Assembly (NCBI GenBank): GCA_943354975.1
Contig: CALRDS010000003.1
Span: 1-34,395, forward strand
Length of the DNA: 34,395 bases
From: Candidatus Nomurabacteria bacterium
GTDB taxonomy: Bacteria > Patescibacteriota > Minisyncoccia > Phycocordibacterales > UBA5272
Reading direction: 5' to 3'
Shown: positions 19,128 through 27,169 of the stretch, in pieces
Position numbering within the stretch: position 1 is the stretch's first letter
Layout of the letters: each line of letters begins with the position of its first letter
Notes under the pieces: model-generated
Told to the model about the DNA's origin: nothing
The model's input: the letters and a program-made list of their open reading frames with translations, nothing else
Databases searched by the model: none
Position numbers and translations under genes: made by a program

Positions 19128-19154
19128 TCATGTCAAGGTTTACTCTTGACATGA
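19128..19154. promoter_or_regulatory. Dyad upstream of nrdA
   Basis: TCATGTCAAG-7 nt-CTTGACATGA perfect 10-bp inverted repeat; function unknown. Confidence 0.45.
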
Positions 19155-19238
19155 CATTGAAAGACAAAAAGAGTGGCTTTTAGAATGTAAATGTGTAAAC
19201 TGGATACATTAACAAATATGTAATTTTTAGCGTGTATT

Positions 19239-22190
19239 ATGCCTATTCTACAAATAATTAAGAAGCGAAATGGGGAGATTGTGCAATTTGAACCAGGGAA
19301 AATCGAGTTAGCAGTTAGTAAGGCATTTTTGGCAGTAACACGGGATGAAAAGCTTGCAGTCTCTAAACATATCGCAGAACTTGTAGCTAAGGAGCTCGAG
19401 CTAGAAGCGCTTACTCGTGAAGGCTATGTTCCATCTGTAGAACACACTCAAGATTTAGTTGAGAAAAACATAATGAGTGCAGGCTTTTTTGATGTCGCTA
19501 AACATTACATCATTTATCGTTTTGAACACGCAAAGATTCGTGAAGTGAAAAAGCTTGAGACACTAGAAAAAGTAGAAGAGGGAGGGCTATTCATAACAAA
19601 GAAAAATGGGACTAAGCAAAGATTTGATATAAGTAAAATCGAAAGTGCAGTGAAGTATGTTATCTCAGGTTATGAAAAAGAAATAAATGTAGATCAAATC
19701 ATAAATCAAGTAAAACTAGAAATTTATGAAGGGATGCCTACAAAAGAAATCAGTCGTGCACTTATCATGACGATACGTTCTTTAATAGAACAGGATACTG
19801 CATATTCATATGTCGCCTCGCGCATGATACTCGCACAAATAAATGAAGATGTTATTGGAACTGAGGTAATGGATTATTCAAAGATAGATGAACAGTACAA
19901 GGGGGCATTTGTTAAAGGAATACACCGCGGAGTTGAAAAAGGAATATTAGATACGAGGATGAATAACTTCGACTTGAATCGTTTGGCCGCAGCGCTTGTG
20001 CGCTCACGTGATGAACTATTAATGTATCTTGGTTCACAAACATTGTACGAAAGATATTTAACACGAGATATAGAAGGAGATGGAAAAATAATGGAACATA
20101 TACAAGGGTTCTGGATGAGAGTCGCTATGGGAGTAGCGCTTGCTGAAAGAGAAATTGATCGTACCACTCGGGCCATAGAATTTTATGAAGCAGTTTCTAC
20201 ACTACGATTCGTACCGTCTTCTCCTACACTTTTCCACGCAGGTACAAAGCATGCACAGCTATCTAGTTGTTACCTAAACATAGTGGGGGATTCCCTAGAG
20301 AGTATTTTCAAAGTTTATGGTGACAACGCTCAGCTATCAAAATGGGCAGGAGGAATAGGAACGTCCTGGACTTCTGTGCGAGCGTCTGGCTCACTGGTGA
20401 AAAAGTCTGGCATGAAATCAAACGGTCTAGTTCCATTTCTTAAGATTGCAAATGATGTAACTGTGGCTATTAACCGTTCAGGACGACGTCGTGGAGCCAC
20501 ATGTGTATATATAGAGAATTGGCATTATGATGTAGAAGAATTCCTAGAACTTCGCAAAAATACAGGAGATGATAGACGCCGAACGCATGATATGGACACA
20601 GCACTTTGGATATCAGATTTGTTTATGAAGAGAGCACAAGATGATGGAGATTGGACACTTTTTTCACCGAATGAAGTACCAGAACTTCCAGAGACATACG
20701 GTTCAACCTTTGAAAAACATTACATGCGTTATGAAGAGTTAGCAAAGGAAGGAAAGATTAAAATCTTTAAGCAAATAAAAGCCCGCGAACTTTGGCGCAA
20801 GATGATTACTATGCTTTATGAAACAGGACATCCATGGATTACATGGAAAGATCCATCAAATGTGCGTTCACCACAAGATCACGCTGGAGTCGTTCACAAT
20901 TCAAATCTCTGCACTGAAATCACGCTTAACAATTCTGTAGATGAAACAGCAGTGTGTAATTTGGGCTCATTGAATTATCAGCGTCTGATGCGTGATGGCA
21001 AGTTCGATGTGGACATGGTAGCAGCTACTACTCGCACAGCGGTGCGTATGCTAGATAATGTGATTGATGTTAACTATTATCCAACAGTAGAAGCAGAGAG
21101 AAGTAATTTCCGTCATAGACCGATTGGCCTTGGACTTATGGGATTCCACGATGCACTTTATATGATGAATATAAATTTCGATTCTGATGAGGCTGTGAAG
21201 TTCGCAGATGAATCTATGGAGCTCATTTCATACCACGCGATTTTGACGTCCGCAGAACTCGCTCGTGAAAGAGGGACTTATGCAAGTTATAAGGGAAGTA
21301 AGTGGGACCGCGGAATATTCCCAGTGGACACTCTCGCACTTCTTGAAAGAGAACGTGGACTAGAAATTCCAATTTCAAAAGAAGGACGCCTCGATTGGAC
21401 CCCAGTGCGTGAAGCAGTACGTCAATATGGAATGAGAAATTCAAATACTATGGCTATGGCTCCAACTGCAACTATTTCAAACATCGCTGGTTCTGTTCCA
21501 TGTATTGAGCCGACTTACAAAAATATTTATGTTAAGTCAAACATGAATGGAGAATTTATCGTTCTTAATCAATATCTAGTATCTGATTTGAAAGCTCTCG
21601 GGCTTTGGGATTTTGAAATGATTGGACAATTGAAATACAATGACGGCTCGCTAAAAGATATTCCTTCAATACCGCCACATATAAAAGATAAGTACAAAGA
21701 AGTATTCCAAATCGAACCATCATGGTTGCTAAAGTCAGCAGCAGCACGTGGTAAGTGGGTAGATCAGTCACAATCACTAAATATTTATTTCGCTGGTTCA
21801 TCAGGAAGAGAGCTTGCAGGAATATACGAATACGCATGGTCTTTAGGACTAAAGACTACATATTATCTGCGCTCTCTCGGCGCTTCTCAAGTAGAAAAGA
21901 GTACAGTCAATGCTGCAGAATTCGGCTCTACTCATACACGTACAACCGGTGGAAAAACAACAGATGCAGTATCACAAACTTCAGTTCCTAGTCCAGTCTC
22001 TGTAGCGCCAGCCATGGCCTCCGCGGTTGCTTCATCAATAGTTTCGCCAGTTGCTCCGATTATGTCTATGGTACAAAATGTAACACAAGAAGAAAAAGTT
22101 CCAGTGCTCGCACAAGCTCTTCAGCAAAATAATCAGATGAAATACAAAATCACTGTTATGCCTGATGCCACCTGCGATGGATGCCAATAA
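19239..22190 (+). CDS. nrdA: Class I ribonucleotide reductase alpha subunit with two N-terminal ATP cones
   Basis: KKRNG and KKNG cone starts, QLSSC, SNLCTEI, MAPTATIS, KTTYY and C-terminal CDGC. Confidence 0.97.
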   Translation: MPILQIIKKRNGEIVQFEPGKIELAVSKAFLAVTRDEKLAVSKHIAELVAKELELEALTREGYVPSVEHTQDLVEKNIMSAGFFDVAKHYIIYRFEHAKIREVKKLETLEKVEEGGLFITKKNGTKQRFDISKIESAVKYVISGYEKEINVDQIINQVKLEIYEGMPTKEISRALIMTIRSLIEQDTAYSYVASRMILAQINEDVIGTEVMDYSKIDEQYKGAFVKGIHRGVEKGILDTRMNNFDLNRLAAALVRSRDELLMYLGSQTLYERYLTRDIEGDGKIMEHIQGFWMRVAMGVALAEREIDRTTRAIEFYEAVSTLRFVPSSPTLFHAGTKHAQLSSCYLNIVGDSLESIFKVYGDNAQLSKWAGGIGTSWTSVRASGSLVKKSGMKSNGLVPFLKIANDVTVAINRSGRRRGATCVYIENWHYDVEEFLELRKNTGDDRRRTHDMDTALWISDLFMKRAQDDGDWTLFSPNEVPELPETYGSTFEKHYMRYEELAKEGKIKIFKQIKARELWRKMITMLYETGHPWITWKDPSNVRSPQDHAGVVHNSNLCTEITLNNSVDETAVCNLGSLNYQRLMRDGKFDVDMVAATTRTAVRMLDNVIDVNYYPTVEAERSNFRHRPIGLGLMGFHDALYMMNINFDSDEAVKFADESMELISYHAILTSAELARERGTYASYKGSKWDRGIFPVDTLALLERERGLEIPISKEGRLDWTPVREAVRQYGMRNSNTMAMAPTATISNIAGSVPCIEPTYKNIYVKSNMNGEFIVLNQYLVSDLKALGLWDFEMIGQLKYNDGSLKDIPSIPPHIKDKYKEVFQIEPSWLLKSAAARGKWVDQSQSLNIYFAGSSGRELAGIYEYAWSLGLKTTYYLRSLGASQVEKSTVNAAEFGSTHTRTTGGKTTDAVSQTSVPSPVSVAPAMASAVASSIVSPVAPIMSMVQNVTQEEKVPVLAQALQQNNQMKYKITVMPDATCDGCQ

Positions 22191-22265
22191 ATAGTCGAAA
22201 GTCTATAAAGTTCATAAAGTTAAAAGTGAATTCAATACAAAATTATCAACTAAAAATAAATCACC

Positions 22266-23354
22266 ATGAACCCAACACCACAACCTCAATCAGGAACAGT
22301 TACACCCACAACACACAAGTCAGTTATTGATCGCGGTGCAGGACGAGTGGATATAAATAAACGCAAGATAATAAATGGTGAAGGGGCAGACGTGGTACAG
22401 CTTTGGCCGATAAAGCATAAGTTCGCATGGGAAGCATATAACGTCGGTAATGCGAATCACTGGCTTCCTACAGAGATCAGTATGCAACTAGACATCGAAC
22501 AGTGGCGTGCACAGAATGTTTTAACAGCAGATGAGCGTCATGCATTTCGTACAGTGCTCGGATTCTTTACTACAGCGGATTCAATCGCAGCGAATAATTT
22601 GGTCCTAGCATTTTATAAACACATCACATCTCCTGAGGCACGATTGTATTTACTCCGTCAAGCATATGAAGAGGCAGTACATACTCATGCGTATCAATAC
22701 ATGGTGGAGTCTTTAGGACTTGATGGTACAGAGATATTTAACATGTATCGTGAGGTGGATGCAATTTATGATAAAGATGAATTTATCTTGTCATTCAATC
22801 AAGGAATCTTTGACCCACATTTCAAAACAGGAACTTTTGAAAATGATCAAAAGTTTTTAGAAAACATGTGTGTATTCTCACTAATTCTTGAAGGAATATT
22901 TTTCTATTCATCATTTGCAGTTATGTTTGGATTTCAGCGACAGGGGAAGTTGGTAGGTTCAGCTGAGCAGATTCAATACATCATGCGTGATGAGAGTAAT
23001 CATATGAACTTCGGTATTGATATGATAAATACTATAAAGCAAGAACAGCCAGAACTCTGGACTCTAGCTTTTGTGGAGAGAATTACAGCGCTTGTGAAGA
23101 AAGCGGTGGAGTTGGAATATAAATTCGCAGTTGAAGTTTTCCCAAAGGGAATATTTGGATTAAATGCAGATGGTTTCAAACAGTACATTGAACACATTGC
23201 AGACAGGAGACTTGCGCGTGTGGGAATAGATCAGGTGTATGGTTCAGCCAATCCATTCCCATGGATGAGTGAGGCGGTGGATTTGAGTAAGGAGAAGAAT
23301 TTTTTTGAAACGAGGGTTACCGAATACAAAACTGGGGGCACTCTCGACTGGTAG
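22266..23354 (+). CDS. nrdB: Class Ia ribonucleotide reductase beta subunit
   Basis: ADS, EEAVHTHAY (radical Tyr present), EGIFFYSSF, RDESNH and NFFETRV motifs. Confidence 0.97.
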   Translation: MNPTPQPQSGTVTPTTHKSVIDRGAGRVDINKRKIINGEGADVVQLWPIKHKFAWEAYNVGNANHWLPTEISMQLDIEQWRAQNVLTADERHAFRTVLGFFTTADSIAANNLVLAFYKHITSPEARLYLLRQAYEEAVHTHAYQYMVESLGLDGTEIFNMYREVDAIYDKDEFILSFNQGIFDPHFKTGTFENDQKFLENMCVFSLILEGIFFYSSFAVMFGFQRQGKLVGSAEQIQYIMRDESNHMNFGIDMINTIKQEQPELWTLAFVERITALVKKAVELEYKFAVEVFPKGIFGLNADGFKQYIEHIADRRLARVGIDQVYGSANPFPWMSEAVDLSKEKNFFETRVTEYKTGGTLDW

Positions 23355-23481
23355 TTATTTCGCCAGAAATTACTTCATCTACTTCGTTGTGGAGCCTCGT
23401 TTGCTCCTCAATGTAGTGGTACCTACATCTCGTCACAAACTTCTCCACGCCTTGTATCTAAAGCAATTTCTTACGAAATAA
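23355..23481 (+). repeat. Palindromic dispersed element, family A, copy 2
   Basis: CATCTACTTCGTTGTGGAG...CTCCACGCCTTGTATCT; compensatory changes relative to copy 1. Confidence 0.8.
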
Positions 23482-23504
23482 AAAAGCCCCAAATAAATGG
23501 GGAA

Positions 23505-23666
23505 ATAAAAAAGGGGACGCGCTTGCTGTTGCTTTGCGTCCCCCGCCGACTTAAGTATTTAAGACCATTACCGTGTTGTCTTACACCTCGGAATGCTTTA
23601 GGAGCTTTCTCGTCCCTTAGCACGCCAGACACGGGAGGAAGCGCGATTGTTACCTAGGCTTCACAC
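23505..23666 (-). ncRNA. Candidate ~160-nt structured RNA, family unknown
   Basis: TTGACA-16-TATAAT at 23673-23700, stem 23571-23576/23629-23634, terminator 23505-23543, no ORF of 60 aa or more in the track. Confidence 0.5.
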
Positions 23667-23672
23667 CCTTTA

Positions 23673-23700
23673 ATTATACACCCTGTGAATCTTTTGTCAA
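23673..23700 (-). promoter_or_regulatory. Consensus sigma70 promoter
   Basis: TTGACA-16 nt-TATAAT. Confidence 0.75.
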
Positions 23701-23721
23701 CCCTATAAGATTTGAATATAA

Positions 23722-23912
23722 AAAGAAAAAACCGGGGGTGAGCCGGTTGCAGGTGTGCATCCAAACTAGGGATTTGGATATGGGATCGCACGCCTTAGAT
23801 TTACTACTCGCACCAAACAAGTTGTGTGCGCCTATGGAAGTAGCCCTAGATTTTCACCTCCCGAGAAACGGGTATGGGCCTCACTACCTGCACCACGACG
23901 ACCGGAAAGGCG
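23722..23912 (-). ncRNA. Candidate multi-hairpin RNA, family unknown
   Basis: Closing stem 23748-23754/23886-23892 enclosing three hairpin arms; terminator-like hairpin plus A-run at 23722-23748. Confidence 0.45.
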
Positions 23913-23930
23913 TATTAATATATTAACATA

Positions 23931-23966
23931 AAAATAAAAACCGGGGAGGAGATGAGTCCTGCCCGG
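23931..23966 (-). terminator. Intrinsic terminator of the GNAT gene
   Basis: A-run plus CCGGG.AGGA/TCCT.CCCGG hairpin. Confidence 0.75.
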
Positions 23967-23973
23967 AATAAAT

Positions 23974-24534
23974 TTATTGTTTCTTTGAAGCTTTCTTCCA
24001 GTTGTCGTAGAAGCATGCAAGAGTTGCTACGTCTACCCAGCCACCTTCACGGAATAACTGTTCTTTCAATATTCCTTCGACTACGTATCCGCAACGTTTG
24101 CTATAGGCGAGGCTTGCTTTGTTTCGCACATCGACGTGTGAAATGATTTTATGCATTCCGAGAGTTTCGAATGCATACTGGAGCATCACCATCTTCGCGT
24201 CAGTGGCGTAGCCTTTTCCGCGAAGATTTTTCTCGCCGATGATCGTTCCAGTTAACGTATGACGATTCACCCAGTCGATACCGTGCAATCCCATCACGCC
24301 GATGGTGCGACGATTTCTTTTAGTCTCTATCATCATCACTATGTCGTTTGGGTTTTTCGACAGGTTGCCTATCTTTTTAACCCAGTCCTCTTCTTCCATT
24401 TCCGTCATCGGAAATGTACGTGCCAGATAGACCCTCGTTTCTGGATCATTTATCCAGCGTGTGAAAAGCGGGATATCTGACATCGAGACGGGACGGAGAA
24501 TGGTTTTCTTTCCGGAGAGGAATACGTTTGTCAT
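23974..24534 (-). CDS. GNAT N-acetyltransferase, RimJ/RimL family
   Basis: ILRP, RGKGYATDA, NKASL....RCGYVVEG motifs; AGGAG SD. Confidence 0.92.
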   Translation of the reverse strand: MTNVFLSGKKTILRPVSMSDIPLFTRWINDPETRVYLARTFPMTEMEEEDWVKKIGNLSKNPNDIVMMIETKRNRRTIGVMGLHGIDWVNRHTLTGTIIGEKNLRGKGYATDAKMVMLQYAFETLGMHKIISHVDVRNKASLAYSKRCGYVVEGILKEQLFREGGWVDVATLACFYDNWKKASKKQ

Positions 24535-24551
24535 GGTTGACTCCTGGTGGT

Positions 24552-24722
24552 TTAAAAGAACAGAGCATCACATTATGTGATGCTCTGTAGGCCTTTATTA
24601 TTTATATATAGATTTCGTTATAAAGATTCACCCAGCATCACACAATTAAAATACGCCACAGGATTAATACCTGAGAGGTTCGCAAAACGCATATTTGTAT
24701 GTGATGACTGTGTCTTTGCCAT
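24552..24722 (-). promoter_or_regulatory. Four-segment transcription attenuator in the GNAT leader
   Basis: Mutually exclusive pairings 24698-24710 : 24633-24644 : 24575-24588 : 24560-24573; the last pair is a perfect hairpin followed by TCTTTT. Confidence 0.75.
24618..24722 (-). CDS. Putative 34-aa leader peptide MAKTQSSHTNMRFANLSGINPVAYFNCVMLGESL
   Basis: Translated by hand; covers attenuator segments 1 and 2; TTGACA at 24752-24757 would place the transcription start near its ATG. Confidence 0.55.
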   Translation of the reverse strand: MAKTQSSHTNMRFANLSGINPVAYFNCVMLGESL

Positions 24723-24773
24723 AATTTATTTCTACTATATATAAGTTTTTGTGTCAAGAAAGATTTTTTGGAA

Positions 24774-24848
24774 CAGGGTAGTGTAAGTTGGCCTCGCACT
24801 TTGTACGTTTCGACATCAGACGAAACAATGACAACTTCTACTACCCTG
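24774..24848. repeat. Palindromic dispersed element, family B, copy 2
   Basis: About 60 of 76 positions identical to the reverse complement of 11000-11075; terminal 17 nt identical. Confidence 0.85.
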
Positions 24849-24878
24849 AATAAAAAAGCCCCGCACGAATGTGCGGGG
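24849..24878 (-). terminator. Intrinsic terminator
   Basis: AAAAAAG CCCCGCAC-gaat-GTGCGGGG. Confidence 0.85.
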
Positions 24879-24941
24879 GGTGTCCCAAGTGGGAGGGGAG
24901 GGACAAAGGAGCTGCGGCAAAATCGGGGTAGTGTGCGCTTG

Positions 24942-25088
24942 TTATTCGAGGAAAAGCGCAACGAAGATCTTCATCATCGTATTTTCCGGGTTGACTGTGA
25001 GCACAAAGTACGCGGTGAGCAGTATTGCGAATGCAACTGCAACCACGAAGCTCAGCACCGGCTTCTGAGGCGGGTAATCGTTTTTCAT
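24942..25088 (-). CDS. 48-aa small membrane protein, not in the ORF track
   Basis: MKNDYPPQKPVLSFVVAVAFAILLTAYFVLTVNPENTMMKIFVALFLE; AAGGGAG SD; own promoter and terminator. Confidence 0.7.
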   Translation of the reverse strand: MKNDYPPQKPVLSFVVAVAFAILLTAYFVLTVNPENTMMKIFVALFLE

Positions 25089-25141
25089 GGGGTGTCTCCC
25101 TTATTTTTAATGCCGGATTTACCGGCGAACTGTACTCTTAT

Positions 25142-25170
25142 AATATAGCATATTTGTGATGTTTTGTCAA
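25142..25170 (-). promoter_or_regulatory. Sigma70-like promoter
   Basis: TTGACA-17 nt-(TGC)TATATT. Confidence 0.75.
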
Positions 25171-25255
25171 TATAAGTTTTATTATTTTCAAATTGACTTT
25201 AGATGAAAATACAAGTAGATTTACTAATGAATTCTTGATCGATTTTTTGGGGGGG

Positions 25256-25657
25256 ATGCACTTGAAAACGAAATTGATAGATTTGATTCACGAGTACCCG
25301 AAGCCGATAGCTATCTCAGGGTGTCTCAGGGAAACTCTCAGCTCCTTGGGTTATCTGCGTGATGAAGCACCGCTTATGGTTTCTGAAGAGGGGGACGTAA
25401 GAATCTGGTTTAGAATCTTCGAAGGTAGAAAGTTCGTAGATGTTCATTTGGATGAGCCAGACTTTTCTTGAGAAGAGCTACAAAATTTTTGGAGTTCTCT
25501 TACCGAGGAATGGAGTAAGGCTAGCCCTGAAGAAATTCTCGCAGTCATGAATATGTTCAAAGATGAAAAGGTGATTGCTGACCTAAAAAGGGTTCTTTAC
25601 GAAAAGGGGATGACTAGGTGGCATGCAAACTTTGCCCCCGCAACGTCCTTTCACTGA
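25256..25657 (+). pseudogene. Hypothetical gene interrupted by one in-frame TGA (25469-25471)
   Basis: The frame stays open for 61 further codons after the TGA and ends just before a terminator at 25677-25702; the start is uncertain. Confidence 0.55.
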
Positions 25658-25676
25658 TTCCTCTACGGTTTACATT

Positions 25677-25702
25677 AGATCCGCTACGGCGGGTTTTCTT
25701 TT
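25677..25702 (+). terminator. Intrinsic terminator
   Basis: ATCCGC-tacg-GCGGGT followed by a T-run. Confidence 0.7.
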
Positions 25703-25718
25703 TGCTATACTATTAAGT

Positions 25719-26657
25719 ATGATAAATGTTTCGAAAAGTTTGCCAGATATCGCAGTCTTGCGAGGTGGAACAAAAGAATTTAAGAAGTCTCTCACAGATG
25801 GAGGAGAGGTGCTCTCTTCACTTTCTAAAATAGGATATCAACCACTCGATGTTTTGATTACTGATAATGGTCAGTGGACTGTGCGCGGAAGACCGACTGA
25901 TGCACATGAAATATTTTCTAGGTCACATACAATAATAGACACAACAAGAGAAATAAATAAAGATTATCATGACCTAGCACGTCGCATGGGAATACCACTT
26001 ATGCTATCGAAAGATCACAACATGACTTTAAGTCGTGAAGACATGTATAGAATATTACGCCAACAAGGAATACGAGTACCAGACACTATTACAATACGTG
26101 CGAGTGAACCACTTTTAGATACTGACCTTCGTGATATTTGGTCCACGTATCATACACCACTTATCGTACGATCTCTTCATAGAAATGAAACTGCACCATC
26201 TAAACTTGTTCGAATGTTTCAAGATTTGGAAAACGCCGTGCGTGATTATCATGGAAGAGGAATAGATGTGCATGTGATGACATACAGACGTGTTCCGACA
26301 TCATCTGTCGCAGTATTACCAAACTTTCACGGTCAGGAACTCTACACACCACTATGGGTAGATACTTTCGCGGGTATTAATGAGATACCAAATAGTTCTG
26401 CAAATATGAGTGCACATCACCAAGCTCCACAATTTAGAAAAGATCAGATTAGAGAATTTGTTACAAAAACATATGACGCATTAGGATTAACTGGGCCTGC
26501 ATGTATAGACGTTATTCAGCATAATAATGGATATATAGTAGTAAATGTAGATCCAGCACCTTCTTTTAGAAAAGATAGTAGATTTACTAAGTCTCTTGAA
26601 TCAACTGGTTCAAGTATTGGTCAATATATTCACTCACACATCGTATCGTCATTATAA
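25719..26657 (+). CDS. Degenerate D-Ala-D-Ala ligase-like ATP-grasp protein (start moved to 25719)
   Basis: IAVLRGG...SL..G N-terminus, GIRVP, and a C-terminal pattern like Ddl but with RID/EVN replaced by CID/NVD. Confidence 0.7.
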   Translation: MINVSKSLPDIAVLRGGTKEFKKSLTDGGEVLSSLSKIGYQPLDVLITDNGQWTVRGRPTDAHEIFSRSHTIIDTTREINKDYHDLARRMGIPLMLSKDHNMTLSREDMYRILRQQGIRVPDTITIRASEPLLDTDLRDIWSTYHTPLIVRSLHRNETAPSKLVRMFQDLENAVRDYHGRGIDVHVMTYRRVPTSSVAVLPNFHGQELYTPLWVDTFAGINEIPNSSANMSAHHQAPQFRKDQIREFVTKTYDALGLTGPACIDVIQHNNGYIVVNVDPAPSFRKDSRFTKSLESTGSSIGQYIHSHIVSSL

Positions 26658-26684
26658 TAATGTGTATTATATCTAGGCAAGGCT

Positions 26685-26806
26685 TTAATTCAGATATTGA
26701 GTCAGATACGAGTTATGCAAAATTTTTAAAACTAAGGCGTCCATAGACGTACGACGCAGGAATAAAAATTTTGCATAGCGAAGTAGATGGCACAATATAT
26801 GGATTA
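26685..26806 (-). repeat. Palindromic element sharing family A outer motifs (copy 3, inverted)
   Basis: Minus strand CATCTACTTCGCTATGCAAAATTTTTA...AAAAATTTTGCATAACTCGTATCT. Confidence 0.65.
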
Positions 26807-26890
26807 AACAAAACAAAAAACGCGCCTCTGGTAAGTGTCGCGTTTCTTGTTTGTTACTTTATATTCAAAGTGACGTCTTTGTTTGATGCG

Positions 26891-27010
26891 TTACGGTTGC
26901 TTCTTCGGGCTTCCGTTTTTGTTAGCAATTGTTTTACGAATTACTTCCAGTTGTTTTGAAGCCGCATCTGCTTTTTTATCGGCATTGATATGATTGTCTT
27001 TATAATACAT
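26891..27010 (-). CDS. Possible 39-aa Lys-rich peptide
   Basis: MYYKDNHINADKKADAASKQLEVIRKTIANKNGSPKKQP; terminator-like AAACGCG/CGCGTTT hairpin at ~26815-26848; no SD. Confidence 0.3.
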   Translation of the reverse strand: MYYKDNHINADKKADAASKQLEVIRKTIANKNGSPKKQP

Positions 27011-27169
27011 TCATATCTTTATAGACTTCAAGAACCTAATGTTCTTTTCTCTAGTACTAAAAGCTGATAATGAAACAACTGTCTACCACTAGTGTATCAA
27101 GCCCGTGACCTATACTCAAGGGTAGCAAGTAAAGTTATTCACATGTCCACTATTGGCTATTTGGGAATC

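Noticed and set aside
22266-23354. Class Ic (Mn/Fe) RNR beta subunit
   Set aside because: The radical tyrosine (EAVHTHAY) and the Asp first ligand are present, consistent with class Ia.
25469-25471. Genetic code 25 (TGA = Gly)
   Set aside because: All long conserved genes translate fully in code 11, and TGA ends other ORFs directly before terminators.
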